A stretch of 64,000 bases of DNA. Source: Eledone cirrhosa (taxonomy: Eukaryota). Shown one piece after another: positions 27,596-41,805 of the stretch. Position numbers and translations under genes: made by a program. How positions within the stretch are numbered: position 1 is the stretch's first letter; each line of letters begins with the position of its first letter. A model generated the notes under the pieces. It saw only the letters and a program-made list of their open reading frames with translations. It did no database searches and was not told the origin of the DNA. Location: positions 335,048,001-335,112,000 of the forward strand of contig OZ024740.1 of assembly GCA_964016885.1 (NCBI GenBank). Reading direction: 5' to 3'.

Positions 27596-28020
27596 ATCTG
27601 TTTTCTTTCCTTCGAAGGAGAGAGTGGGTGTGAGAGAGAAAGAGAAGTGGGGATATAAGGGGATGATAAATCCTAACCACTGTCATATTTGTGTTTGTCC
27701 GTTTACGATATTATTCTTCTAACTATGTTACGACAGGTCAAAGTGATAGGTTTCATTAAACCTCTGGAGAGTTATTGTAGGTATATTAACTATATTTTCG
27801 TTCTTAATTACACCCTTTTCAAGAATATACTGCATAGCATTTATCACAATAATTTAGAGGCAAACATGATTTATAATGAATGCTACTTCGTCATATTGTT
27901 CAATGCTAGTTTTAGACTATTGTCAGACGCCCGTATTTCTTACGCAACCTACAGGATTACATTGGTTAGTAAATGCGTTGTTAAATTGAATAATAATGCT
28001 GAACGATAGAAAGTGTATTA

Positions 28021-28254
<234 letters not shown>

Positions 28255-29159
28255 TCATAAATACGCAAGAGGATGATGAATACTGACTTCTGACATCTAA
28301 GAGAAGTTAATTATAATTGATTGAATATTGTTCTTTACCAATTCAATTGTATTTATTAATATAACCGCTATCGTATAACTGAAGTCTGTCTTTACCTCTA
28401 CAAAATTCCAAGAAATTACATTGTATTAGCTCCTCTCTGATGTGATATTTAATTACTGTTGGGCATTGCAAGGTTCAAAACAGATATTTATGCTTAGAAG
28501 CTAAACATTTGGAAGTAGGGAAAATTAATGCTCTTATTCGACCATGTAGATTGTATACAGGATGTTATACACTCAATCGGAATGCTATTCAGTTAAGTTG
28601 AATGAAATATACTCACACCTGTAAGGGTAAACAGCTAAGAATCGCATTAAGTAGTAAGTTCATACACAATAGTATAGAATTATATTATATCTTATATAAT
28701 TATACGAAATAATTTTGATTTACATATAATGGAATGTGATGGATCGTCCCCGAGTTCTAATGACAAGCATTCAGTTTTCATATCAACTGAACGTCAGGCT
28801 CGTTAAAAGCATGGGTAAGTCGTTGAGTATTACACAGATACATTTCCTTTAACATTGTTCTCGGGGATCATGGGTTATTCTGAATGATGCAGTAATAAGT
28901 CTGCCTCTTTTATTTACATTACATAAACAATCCATTCTACTGGTTTTCACAGTTTCCGTCAAGTGAAATGTATTGGATTACCGAGGTTATAAGTAAACTA
29001 TTTGTTCAACATGTGAATCATTGGAATCTAACCCAGGATCTCATGTCGGCTGGCATACCGTGGAATACAGATATACGAAGGGCTATTAGAGGCATTGAAC
29101 AAAATACAGTTACACTGAATAGGAGTATATCTATACTATTCACTATTCACATCACGACG

Positions 29160-29162
<3 letters not shown>

Positions 29163-29224
<62 letters not shown>

Positions 29225-29226
29225 CA
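29163..29226. repeat. (AGT)n microsatellite
   Basis: perfect trinucleotide run. Confidence 0.95.
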
Positions 29227-29355
29227 GCAACAGCATTTGCTATTGCTTTTTCTTGTTACATGGGTACCTGATTTAGTGTAGTTGTACTATATAAAGTGTT
29301 AAGAAAAAAGAAACGGCATCGAATAGATGCAAAAGAAATCAAAATTTAAACGTAC

Positions 29356-29568
29356 GTGTCGCGTGAGTTCTCCCATCATTCCATTCCAAGTTCCATTGAC
29401 GGTGAGAGCTCCATACTGACCGTCTTCTACAATTTTTATGATGTAATCCATAGGGAACTGATCTGCTATTTTGGCCGCTAAGTCTACGACATAGCCTTCG
29501 AAACGGGCGTTTCCTACTAGCGGCTCACCGCCTTCGTGGCGAGTTTTATACATCAAGAATGGAGGCAC
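29356..29568 (-). CDS. iGluR exon (ligand-binding S1)
   Basis: cag|GTG acceptor, CAC|gtacgt donor; 213 nt; VPPFLMYK...GNARFEGYVVDLAAKIA...DGQYGA...WNGMMGEL, canonical S1. Confidence 0.96.
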
Positions 29569-32234
29569 CTGTTAATGAGAAAATGTAAAACCAATATATA
29601 TGTGTGTGTGTTTGAGTTTGTGGCTGTCTGTACGTGTCTCTGTGTACGCTAGCAAGGTTTACTATATAAAACCTTCTTAAATAGGAGACGTCATTCTGTA
29701 GATTAAATTGGCCCAGTTAAATTATTATATTTCATCTCATTCACGAACACTATGTTGTGCTAACCTGCGAATATCATTGTGGTATTGATGTCGTTCATGG
29801 CGAAGTGTTTGTAAACCAGTGAAATATAGTGAACATTGCAATTTATAGACTCAGTTATATTTAAGATATGCATGGCTTTCATTATGTTTTTTCCATTTCA
29901 TACGTTTCCTTCCAGTCAGCCGTGGCTTCATACAACACATATCAGATTCTTCTTATCCGTGAAGATAATTCATAAGTAAATGTTTAGAATATAGGTGGGT
30001 ACTGAAAAGTTGACTAAATAGATACCTGTACAAGATTGGTGTTTAATTATGATAATCTAACAAGAAGGATGAAAGGCAATTTTGAGCTTGGCGGGATTTC
30101 TTCTCAGTCCCGTAAATGCTGGAAAGAATACTGCATTACTGTATTATTATTTTTCTAATTCATCGTCCTACCAAACTCATAAATGACACTAAATACGTAT
30201 AAGTGCTATGTGTGGTTGAAGGCATCACTCCCCATACATACCTAGTAATTATTCTTTCTAAATGGGCATATACATATTAAGGTTTTCCAAGAAGTATACA
30301 AAATCTAAGTATTAATTGGACTACCTAAATGTAACCATTTATTGATTAGCCCCAGGTGAACATTGAATGAGCAGATCCATGATCAAAGGCATTCTAAATG
30401 CGAAATATTCCGTATTTATTTCTGGCAATGGATTTAAATGGTGTAATGCATTGTGTCTTTCTTTTGATGTTTATATGTGGTGACCTTAGGGAGAAGAGAA
30501 GTTATTTGTATCAGGTCGAGTATCCACATTGAAGCTCTCTATTTGGCAATTTAGTATGGTACTATACTCATTCTTCCTAAACTCCAAAATTCATCATTAA
30601 ATAAGATTATGTAATTCTCTATAACTTCCTATATATAGTGTATTGGAATTTATGCGTAGTTCCACTATGAATCTACTGTGATTATGTATGTGTATGTTTC
30701 AGTATGTAGCAATATTTTTTTTTTAAATCATCTATGTTCGCTTCATCCTGCATCTTCTCTGTTCATATTTAAAAAGTAGCTAAAAGCTAAATAACATGAT
30801 TAATGTTCATTAAATAAAAACAAAAGCATCATAAAAACTCATTCTTATTTATTTTGGGTCCATTATGACTGGAGGATTGACATTTCTGTAATGAAACAGA
30901 AAAATAATCAGCAACTGTAGAGAGACAATTTTTCAGAACTTAAAAAAATGTTTTTTCTCCAACTACTCTATTATGGTAACGATTTAGGTTAATCTTAGCT
31001 CTTCGCTTCTTGCATTCTATCTTCAGATTTTATTCCCAGCATTGCTGTCTTCCCACGCCCATAAACCTCAAGACACTGACCTGAGTAAACTTTCGATTGG
31101 TGATCAAATACTTAATGGAAGGAGCTATTCTTTATAGTTTTCGATTTTTTCCTTCTCCATTTTAATCATAGTCAAATAAAAAAAATAAATATAAAAAATT
31201 AAAATACAATATAAAGAAAATAAATAAACCTATGTGTAGAGGACAAAAGCTATAGTTTTGTTAGACCCATTTTATTACAATGTGTTAGAACTGCTGCACT
31301 ATATCCACTTAAAATATGAGAATTGATTGTTCTAAATATAAATTTATAGCCAACGCTGAAAGAGAGAGTACACTTCTACAGACTCCTCATGCATGGGTTC
31401 AATTGATTGCTTAAATCATCGTGTAGAGCGAGAGATCGATCGACTGTAGTTGTTGAAATGTATTCAAGTTGAACAGTCAAATCACTAAAGTCAATCCAAA
31501 ATCGATAAATCATACTTGCAGAAGCATATGCAAGGAATAGTTGGGAGGGGAGAGCGGGGAGGTTCATGCAGACTATGTGCGAAGATACGGCTTCGCTTTG
31601 GTTATTCACTCTGTACAAACTATTTCTAGATTCCAGGCCAAATATTATAGTATTGATCGATATAAGCATATGCTAGTTATGGAAATAGCTATTATCTCCC
31701 TTTACATTTTCTGTATTTCTGAATTATTGTGTATCTCGGGTTATTTCCCTTTATAATCAACTCCGACTACAGTCACGTCAGCATGGAATGTATAAAATGG
31801 CATCAAACTCGTTATAATAAAGCAATTTTTCATCTTTAATTATTATTTAACATTCTACAATTTTTGCTTATTTTAAATATTTTTCTTATTCATATTATCA
31901 GTTTACATGTATTTAGTAGGGGTGACAATTATAATACATGTTATAGAATATAGAAACCACTATCTAAATTATACTGGTGAGGGAAATGAAATGTTTCTGA
32001 TAACTGTCAGTCGCACCACCAACACCACCATCACAGATGTGGTAACTGAGACAATGGCGAGAAATCGTTTCAACTTTATAATGAAAGCGAATGTACAGAG
32101 CTTGTATGTTTACAACGTGGGATATAAGAGGGCTAATAAAAATTTCTGTGATTTCTTAAAATAATATATGAATTATATATATACAATAACATATATGCAT
32201 ACACACACATATACATATATATACATATATAATA

Positions 32235-32265
<31 letters not shown>

Positions 32266-32695
32266 CGTATGTTGCTGATGGCTGAGAGAAAGGAGTACTC
32301 AATACCGAAGTAAGGTTTTAACATTCATATTATTAAGGCTAAATAGTGAGTCTTGATATCCTGGAGTTTCGCCAGTTTATGACAGGGGATGACCCTGTGA
32401 TAAACATGCGAAATATATGCATGATTTTAAAATTCTTAGTCTGAAGCAGACCTGCAAACAGAAGATGTCAGGAATTTGTGAAGGAATTATTCCATTATTT
32501 TAAGCATTTAATAGTCACAGTTATCAGGTTTTGGTGATGCTGAGAACCTCCATCAATTCATTTAGTCAATCATATCGAGCGCGGTAGTTAATTATATAAA
32601 TTTTGGTACTTATCTTATCGTCCTCATTTTCTCGACTCACTAAGTTAAGAGTCATAAAGAAACACAGGGTATGCATACGTATGTATGTATGGATG

Positions 32696-32732
<37 letters not shown>

Positions 32733-32736
<4 letters not shown>

Positions 32737-33005
32737 ATGTTTAACCCCGACGGCAGAGCTCAGGCCGTTTCGAAGGCTATTTTTGACTTTTTATTTTTTT
32801 TAGATGGTATTGCGGTTTCGGCCAATGCTATAGAATAGACTAATAAATTGAGATTAGAAAGTACTAGTCCAAAAATAGCCGTCGAAACGGCTTGAGCTCT
32901 GCCGTCGGGGTTAAACATTTTCCTATTACCCACTCTACTACCCTAAGTATTGAGTACTCTGGTGCGTTATGGTCCACCTGGTATCTTACCACACCTCATT
33001 CGTTA
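32733..33005 (+). mobile_element. fold-back PLE-tail fragment (8335 family) with a ~77-bp spacer
   Basis: arms 32733-32788 and 32866-32922; GAAACGGC-TTGAGCTCT-GCCGTC stem III. Confidence 0.8.
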
Positions 33006-33012
33006 TATATAT

Positions 33013-33106
33013 ATATGGAATTTCTAAAGATGTTCGACGAGTGTGTGTGAGTGCTTTCGTATATATATATACACGCACACACACACACGCACAGACACAC
33101 ACACAC

Positions 33107-33191
<85 letters not shown>

Positions 33192-33195
33192 TATG

Positions 33196-33226
<31 letters not shown>

Positions 33227-33445
33227 GTGTGTGTGTGTCTGTCTGTTTGTGTATGTGTGTGTATATATACACAAGCACTCACACACATTCGTCGAACATC
33301 TTTAGAAATTCCATATATTTTCCTGACTATGCATTGCTCAGGCGAAAGCTATAAAAGATGGTACAGTTGCCCAAGTTTGCAGGCAGCGGGGTTTGATCTC
33401 CCAACCAGTAGTTAATACTGAACTAAATAAACACACATCTGCGCT
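33013..33445 (+). mobile_element. fold-back cassette around a TA tract with a degenerate hammerhead at 33315-33357
   Basis: 33013-33060 inverted at 33268-33318; ATTTTC-CTGACTA-...-GAAA-GC-TA-TAAAAG with G8 and stem I mutated. Confidence 0.6.
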
Positions 33446-33841
33446 TTTGTTTCTCTTTTATTATTTATCTTGTAAAACAAGTGCATTGTCAATCATGAAT
33501 ATCGACTTATGCAGTGTGAGAAAGTGTGAGGTTTTTAACATATTTGATGTTTAAATTGAATATTTTAAACTTGATTTTTGCTATACGATAATGCGTGCAC
33601 ACTTCAGACAAATGCAGTTCTGAGTTGGAAGTATAAGGGAAAGTCTTATATCAGGTGCTTGTGGTGGGATGAAATATTTGGGTTAAGAGAGGAAAATATG
33701 CTTTGTTGACTGCGTTATTAGTGTTCAGCTTCCTATTTCCAAGAAAGAAGCTCCTCTGTAAATACCATAAAATATAAATGAAAATATAAAACTAAATAAC
33801 CGCATATATTGAGATTCGTTTAGTTGTATACAGATATCTAT

Positions 33842-34106
33842 TGGAATTTCGTATTTCTATTGAAATACGGTATGTTTATAAATAAACATTTAGAAAGTCG
33901 TATCTGTGGAATGAGACCGACAGCTATCGCCAACTTGTCCACAGGTGTCCAGCAGAAGCAAGTACAATCGTCGATGCATTTCGAACTGAACTGGTTCTCT
34001 TCAGCACGATCGCTCCCACTATAGCTGCCGGTGTTTTTGCATATCTACGGCTTTCTAAATGTTTATTTATAAACATACCGTATTTCTTCAGAAATACGAA
34101 ATTCCA
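33842..34106 (-). mobile_element. fold-back cassette related to the 7621-8045 element
   Basis: arms 33842-33927 and 34021-34106 share CCGGTGTTT..CATA..ACGGCT..CTAA..ACCGTATTTCTT..GA.ATACGAAATTC with 7652-7709. Confidence 0.8.
33967..34010 (-). ncRNA. minimal type I hammerhead ribozyme (host-sense strand)
   Basis: ATCGTG-CTGAAGA-GAAC(CAGTTCA)GTTC-GAAA-TGCA-TC-GACGAT; G.G mismatch at the core-proximal stem I pair. Confidence 0.8.
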
Positions 34107-34132
34107 CTACACACACACGCGCGCGCACACAT

Positions 34133-34208
<76 letters not shown>

Positions 34209-36209
34209 CAATAAACTTCTTGTATTACTGTTTTAACCAGTAAATTAGATGAAGCTTTGCGCGAAAGATTGATCAGTATATATGTGGAAGTCATTATTTT
34301 AGGATATGAATGATAGCAGTGTTAAATCTAGATTATATATACAACCAGGGGATAAGACGAGTCTAAAGGGTTAAACATTATACATTTTCCTAATATACTT
34401 ATAAATTATCTCAAGCATAAATTGAAACCGTGTCATGGGCTCTGCTGCTAAAACATTATATAGCTTTTTGTGCATCAGTAGGATACGTTCATCCTGTCTA
34501 TTACTAATTACGCGGAAAATACGTATGCATCAGTAATCGTTTACTTGGAGATCGGACGCAAATTTCCCAACCTAATAATTACGTTTTGTATAGGAACGTT
34601 GTCAAAGATGTAATTTGTCCAAGCTCTACAGGTATTTCACAATGATTTCTGAAGAAAATGATTAGAAAATTATATGGTGCTGTAGATTACTAGATGTTTC
34701 AATTTGTAACGAAATATAGCTTTGGTGTCCGTAGAGATGTGTTTTTATATGTTTAATTGTTTCTGTTCCGTAGTGTACTGCAACTGAGCCATCCATGGAA
34801 GGTTCTCTTTATATAACAGTTTTCAATACGAGAGGTGTGGGCTAACCATTTCTGGAGAAACGTTTTTGGCATATTCATAGACAGAGAGAAAAATAGGTAG
34901 AGAAAATAAAACAGTAGAAAATCGAATTCAGTAGTTAACCGTCGCTAGAATGATGAAACGTGAAGTTCACCTAAGCTGTATTTGAACTCTGTTTGTTGAG
35001 TGCCGAAATATATAATACAAATCGGACTGTGATGACTGCCAATTCATGGATATTTGTTTTTTTTTTGTTTTCTTGTTTTCTTTTTTTTTTTTCGTTTTAT
35101 AATTCATTTATTTTTTGAAAGGACAGAAAATTGCAAAATTTGGAAAAGACAGCTCCATTGAGAGGGAACTTATCAGAAAACTACTCGGGCTAAACATGAC
35201 ATTTTGCCCAAAAAGAAAAAATGTAAATACTCTTTAATTTCAAAGTTCTATTTTCTATCACGTTTTCCACAAAAGAAAAAAATATATTTAAGAGTGTTTG
35301 GGATTATTTCTGAGAGGTGAACAATCAAATCAACGATACCACAGATGGTATTGAGATATTGTGAGACGATTTTCTGCTGAAGTTACAATAATAATCGCCA
35401 TCTTACAATCAATCTATTGATAAAATACTGTGCTATTGAATACAGCTCTGTTGGTTGTTTCTCTTGACAAAATAACAGCTGGATCGAGATCAAATCTAAA
35501 TGATTTCTTACTTGAATATTACCGTTATAAAAAATAGTATAATTTACAATAGTATAATTTACAATATCTTAAATTAAATGTAAGTTAATTTCTAAATGTT
35601 GATAGCATCGTATTTTATTCTCTTGTTATGTGAGGATAAGTGTTATGTTGAAATGAATGTATGTCGTCTTTAAGAGTATTTGTTTCTTTAGTGAGATTCG
35701 TGAACTTTAATGAATATTACATTCCCGAGAAGTGATTATATGTTCTAATAAATTACACATTTGAGATAATAGTTTGTAAACGTCAATTGCATGATTTTTC
35801 ACATGTATTCATTGCTCTTTACAAAAGAACAGTAGCTTAATCTTCACGTATTGATTTTTATTCTATGACATGCAGAATGTTTTGAAGAAACGAGGTATAA
35901 ATGATGTAATTAGCTCTAAGATATTATGATATCCATATATCTAGAAGTCTAATTCGAACCCATCATTCAATGTAAATTAGCGAAATATAAGTAAATTATT
36001 TAACTCTCGTTTTCTAATATTTCGTCTAGCGGATAGCTCTAAAAACCTCTTTATCCATGAAACTAAACTGATTAGACGAAGTGTTGAATGTTTAATATCT
36101 ACCTGTTATAAATATGAGGAGACTGATTATATATATTCTTCAGATTTCGTGTGAATATTTGTTTATGGTAACAGAAAAGATTCTTACTGTTCTGTTATAG
36201 TTGTTGGAA

Positions 36210-36400
36210 ATAATGGTTTTTGATATAGGCACAAGGCCAACAATTTGGGAGGAGGAGAAAGTCGATTAAATCGATCCCAGTGCATTACTGATGCTTTTAT
36301 CGACCCCGTAAGGATGAAACGCAAAGCTAACCGCGTCTGAATTTGAAATCAGTATGTAAAGGGTCGTACCTATGCCGCAAAGTATGGTGTCCGACGCTCT
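36210..36400 (-). mobile_element. tRNA-derived SINE
   Basis: reverse complement of the longer subfamily at 24743-24950. Confidence 0.8.
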
Positions 36401-38430
36401 TTGTTCTTATTTATTTATTTCAAGTTTAAAAGTCGTAATGCCAAGGCTAGTCAAGGAAAGTTATTAAAATTTGACTTAAATTAACTCTCGTTTCTTTACA
36501 TAAGTATGACATTTTAACGGATAATGGAATTAGTGTAACATTCCCGTATTCAGAAGTTAAAGCAATACAAACTATCACTTACCTATCGAACCACTAGTTT
36601 TAGGTTAAAGATAACAATGCTGTCTATTCGCAATATCGCTGTAGAAATCTCCACGGAATAATTACATGCTCCTTATTTTGGTATAGTTAAGATATAGAGG
36701 TTACGTATAACAATTACCAATATCATATATATATACATATAACAACATGTACTTTCAATTAGAATTGATAGACACTTCTTCATACAATTTTCAAATTCAC
36801 GGATGTTTTCTCATCTGTGGTTCACATTGAAATATATCATCTGATCTCAAGCTCATTTTCTCATATATTTGTCTTCGTTTTATCAACAGTCAATTATACA
36901 AGTTGACCATCAATTTATGACTTGTGAAAAGATCATGACCATTTCCCTTTTCATCTAAGGAAAACATTACAAGATAAACAATGATATTCCATACTATATC
37001 CCATATAAAAGAAATATACTCAATAATGTTCTAAAATTCTAAAATATCGAATAACACGGGCATTTCTTTTCCTTAACATTTATGGCGTGATTCTCATGCA
37101 CATTGTAAACTAGTTGACACTGTTTCTTTCCTAGCCTAATACAAAACTATAGTACACATTACTAAGACAAATTTCAAGTGTTTAATAATATTTAATAAGA
37201 ATGTTAGGAACAGTGTATCGTGTGGAGTCAACAACAAAAGATATCATGGACGAATTTGACTCGATCTAAGTAAACACTTATGTATGATTAAAGATGCATA
37301 ACCAGAAATAAACAAATCTGATATTGAATTATTGATATACTAATAAGCTCTGTACGAACATCACGCTGAAAGAACTTGGAGTTATACTTCAAGCAATATA
37401 AAGGCAAATTGAACATTCTCATTCTAATGCAGAAAATGTTGATTTGTAAAGAACAAAAGATCGGTCAGCTGGTTGATAGTTAATGGACTTACAGCAAAAA
37501 CACACACCCTGCCCACTTTCTCCATATATCGTTTCACACGAATATTAAATTCAGCTGGATTGATATCGCTAATTAGTCAGCAGTGCACGTTGCGATATCG
37601 AACCTTCTGGTTAAAAAAAAAGTTCGATATATTCTGCCAATACAATAAACAACGCCATCAGTTCGGCAATCACATTGTTACGATTACTATTTCTCACAGA
37701 ACGTAGTATAAACATAGGAAGTTAATAAAGCTTCTGCAGACATACGACGAATAGAATGTAATGCCTGAAAATGGCAATCAAAAAGGACAGTTGAAATATC
37801 GTGAAAAATGTTTGTTTTTTTATCACCTAACACAATCATACATGAACAAGTTAATAATTGCATAAACATATAGTGTTGGTTTTGGGTAATGTCATATTAG
37901 TCAGGTATACAACAAAGGGATTATTGCACGAGTTTCTGTTGATATCAATGTAGTATACTAGAGGTAATTTATTCTGCTTAATTCCAGTTGTAAAGTAGAA
38001 TTTCAAGTCGTATAATGATCCTTACTTTTGTAGATCTTTGCTAAGATTTGTGATAATCAGCTTACTTCCAATTGAAAAGACTTTCAGAATATCATTAAAC
38101 TTCGCTTTTCTACACAAAAATCTATTGTAGATAAAATTCCTTTGTTAGCTCTTGAACTTTGCATCGCACTGTTACTGTTATTTATAATAATGTACATACG
38201 TTGATCTGAATAGAATTCCCTGTTAAGAGTTGTCGGCGATTTCTGTTGTAATATTGAGAATTGACTATATGAACTGGCGTCCTTCTGTGCAGTTCCAATT
38301 TACGCTATCGTCTTACTAATACTCATGCCTATATAACCAGAGTCCCTTTCTTAAATTCGCTTTTTATACAAATAATAATAATAATAATAATAACAATAAT
38401 AAAATAATAATAATAATAATAATAATAAAC

Positions 38431-38880
38431 AGGTGAAGGTGCTGTGGGATTTTAGGATACAGACGGACAAGAAACTGGAACACAATAGACCTAGCCTGGT
38501 GGTTTGGGACAAGGAAAAGAGATCGTGCCTGATTGTGGATGTGGCCTGCCCATTCGACACGAGAGTGCAAGAGAAGGAGAGGGAGAAAATTAACCGATAC
38601 CAGGACTTAAAGTGGGAGGTAAAAAGGATTTGGAACTGCCATGAAGTTAAAGTGGTCCCGATTGTCATAGACGCACTAGGTACTATCTCAAAAAGTTTCC
38701 AGGGATGGTTAAAGAAAATTGGCCCCGCCCCGTTTTTTGGAACACTTCAAAAGGCATGCTGTGCTGGGAACAGCAAGAACCCTCCGATACGTCCTGAATA
38801 TCTGAGGCTGCAGGTAGTGGCTTGATATTCATTTCAACTAACTTTCCAGTTAACTAACATCAACGACTGAGACTCAAAGA
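38431..38880 (+). mobile_element. R4/Dong-clade non-LTR retrotransposon 3' end (restriction-like endonuclease) between (TAA)n tracts
   Basis: KVLWDFRIQTDKKLEHNRPSLVVWDK...CLIVDVACPFD...KEREKINRYQDL...VVPIVIDALG; catalytic RPD mutated to RPS; (TAA)n at 38371-38428 and 38884-38903. Confidence 0.9.
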
Positions 38881-38902
38881 ACAATAATAATAATAATAAT
38901 AA

Positions 38903-39200
38903 TGAAGGAATTGATAAGATCTGAGTACATTAGGAGAGTAGGGAGTGTATTAAAATCACATCTAAATACTAGGAATGTCATAAGTGCATTGAATTCCCGA
39001 GCTGTGTCTATTATTAGGTACAGTGCGGGAATTATGAAATAGAATGTTGCTGAACAAAAAGAAATGGATAGGAAGACTAGGAGGCTATTGACTATCTACA
39101 ACATGTACCACAAGAGGAGTGATGTCGATGGACTCTACTTAAAGAGATCTGAAGGTGGAAGATGTCTTATCAGCATAGAGGACTCAAGGAAGGCATTTTC
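38903..39200 (+). mobile_element. second R4/Dong-clade fragment (RT thumb region)
   Basis: EYIRRVGSVLKSHLNTRNVISALNSRAVSIIRYSAGIMK*...MDRKTRRLLT...HKRSDVDGLYLKRSEGGRCL. Confidence 0.85.
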
Positions 39201-39445
39201 TAACATGAATGTAGTTTGACCCTTACACTACACTTCTTTCTCCCTTCTTTCTTTCTTTCCTTTCTTCTTTGACGGAGTGGTGGTACCGCATTATAAGCCT
39301 TCGCCCCCTCACCAGATATTCATTGGTAGTTTTCAGTTGCCAACACTTTGAGGGCGGCTGGCTGAGAAGCTAGTTGGTCAGCCGTCCTCACTGTCTCTGA
39401 TTTTTCGGACCCATGGCTTTTTACATATTCCTTTGTTATATTCCA

Positions 39446-39503
39446 ATACCTGATGATATCACCGGATTCGTATGGAACCCGGTCATTGAAATGATCATAG
39501 TAT
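39446..39503 (+). ncRNA. minimal type I hammerhead ribozyme in a PLE-like 3' tail (39200-39552)
   Basis: ATAC-CTGATGA-TATCACCGG(...)CCGGTCATT-GAAA-TGATCA-TA-GTAT; downstream tail shared with 62208-62280. Confidence 0.8.
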
Positions 39504-39552
39504 AATAAACCTTTCAAGGATTTACACCAGTCCAGCCTCCTGTTATTTCATT

Positions 39553-39587
<35 letters not shown>

Positions 39588-39602
39588 ATATACATATATA
39601 TT

Positions 39603-39636
<34 letters not shown>

Positions 39637-39918
39637 TATATATATATTTATATATATATATATTTATATATATATATTTATATATATATATTTATATATA
39701 TATATTTATATATATATATATATATTTATATCTATATATTTATATATATATATTTATATATATATTTATATATATATATTTATATATATATATTTATATA
39801 TATATATTTATATATATATATATTTATATATATTTATATATATATTTATACTACGTGGCGGCCAAAACAGGCGGCGCGGTGGGTCCGGGGCAAAGCACCT
39901 GCTCCGAGTAATTTCTTA

Positions 39919-39997
<79 letters not shown>

Positions 39998-40007
39998 ATA
40001 TATATTT

Positions 40008-40247
40008 ATATTAATAAGAGGAGTTCCAACTTTGTCTGATTTACTCGTTTTATTTACAATCCTTTAAAATATATATAATGGTATTATAATGAAATAGTAT
40101 GATAGAATATTAAATTCTAAGTGTCAATTAACACTTAGAATTTAATATTCTATCATACTATTTCATTATAATACCATTATATATATTTTAAAGGATTGTA
40201 AATAAAACGAGTAAATCAGACATAGTTGGAACTCCTCTTATTAATAT
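40008..40247. repeat. 240-bp near-perfect palindrome next to (TA)n
   Basis: centre ~40127; arms differ at very few positions. Confidence 0.95.
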
Positions 40248-40298
40248 AATCTTCTATACACAATCATACACACCCGTGTATATTTACCTATCTATATC

Positions 40299-40331
<33 letters not shown>

Positions 40332-40481
40332 ATACTTTGGGAGGGTCATGCTGCCAATAAGAAACACACGCACCAGTTGCTTTCACTTCAATTTATTATA
40401 TATTTATAAATTTACAAATCTACAAATTTATAAATTTCTGGTTGGTTGGTTGGTTTCACAACCAGATAGTTGTTTATATAT

Positions 40482-40526
40482 AGTCATAGTCCTTTCGTCA
40501 CACACTCTTTGACCTCTTCAGTGACT
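40482..40526 (-). ncRNA. minimal type I hammerhead ribozyme (host-sense strand)
   Basis: AGTCA-CTGAAGA-GGTCA(AAGAGTGTG)TGAC-GAAA-GGAC-TA-TGACT. Confidence 0.78.
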
Positions 40527-40659
40527 GGGGATTCCTTTCTTTGTTTCTGTGTCTTTCCTTTCTTCTGTCCTACGCCATTTTGTTTCTGTGACACACACAT
40601 AAACAAAATGGCGTAGGACAGAAGAAAGGAAAGACACAGAAACAAAGAGAGGAATCCCC

Positions 40660-40704
40660 AGTCACTGAAGAGGTCAAAGAGTGTGTGACGAAAGGACAAT
40701 GACT
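40660..40704 (+). ncRNA. mirror hammerhead with cleavage-triplet U mutated to A (probably inactive)
   Basis: same as 40482-40526 except GAAA-GGAC-AA-TGACT. Confidence 0.7.
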
Positions 40705-40934
40705 ATATATAAACAACTATCTGGTTGTGGAACCAACCAACCAACCAGAAATTTATAAATTTGTAGATTTGTAAATTTATAAATTTATAAATTTATAAAT
40801 ATATAATAAATTGAAGTGAAAGCAACTGGTGCGTGTGTTTCTTATTGGCAACATGACCCTCCCAAAGTATAACAATATCGGTTTCAACACACGATTTCAG
40901 ATAAAGAATCTTGCTAAACAAATTCAGAAACGAA

Positions 40935-41105
<171 letters not shown>

Positions 41106-41143
41106 TATATTTATATATATATATTTATATATATATATGATAA

Positions 41144-41245
<102 letters not shown>

Positions 41246-41250
41246 GATAA

Positions 41251-41282
<32 letters not shown>

Positions 41283-41456
41283 ATATTTCGTTTCTGAATT
41301 TGTTTAGCAAGATTCTTTATCTGAAATCGTGTGTTGAAACCGATATTGTTATACTTTGGGAGGGTCATGTTGCCAATAAGAAACACACGCACCTGGTGCG
41401 TGTGTTTCTTATTGGCAACATGACCCTCCCAAAGTATAACAATATATATATATATT

Positions 41457-41594
<138 letters not shown>

Positions 41595-41623
41595 CTTATA
41601 TATATATATATATTTATATATAT

Positions 41624-41753
41624 ATAAGTTGGAATAGGATGAAACGAAATTTCATTTCTCACTCTTAGTACGGCACTTACTTATAATCAGGTTGTCCGTT
41701 TGTTTACAAACGGACAAAGCGGACGTTATAATAAACGTCCGCTAAACTGATAC

Positions 41754-41805
<52 letters not shown>

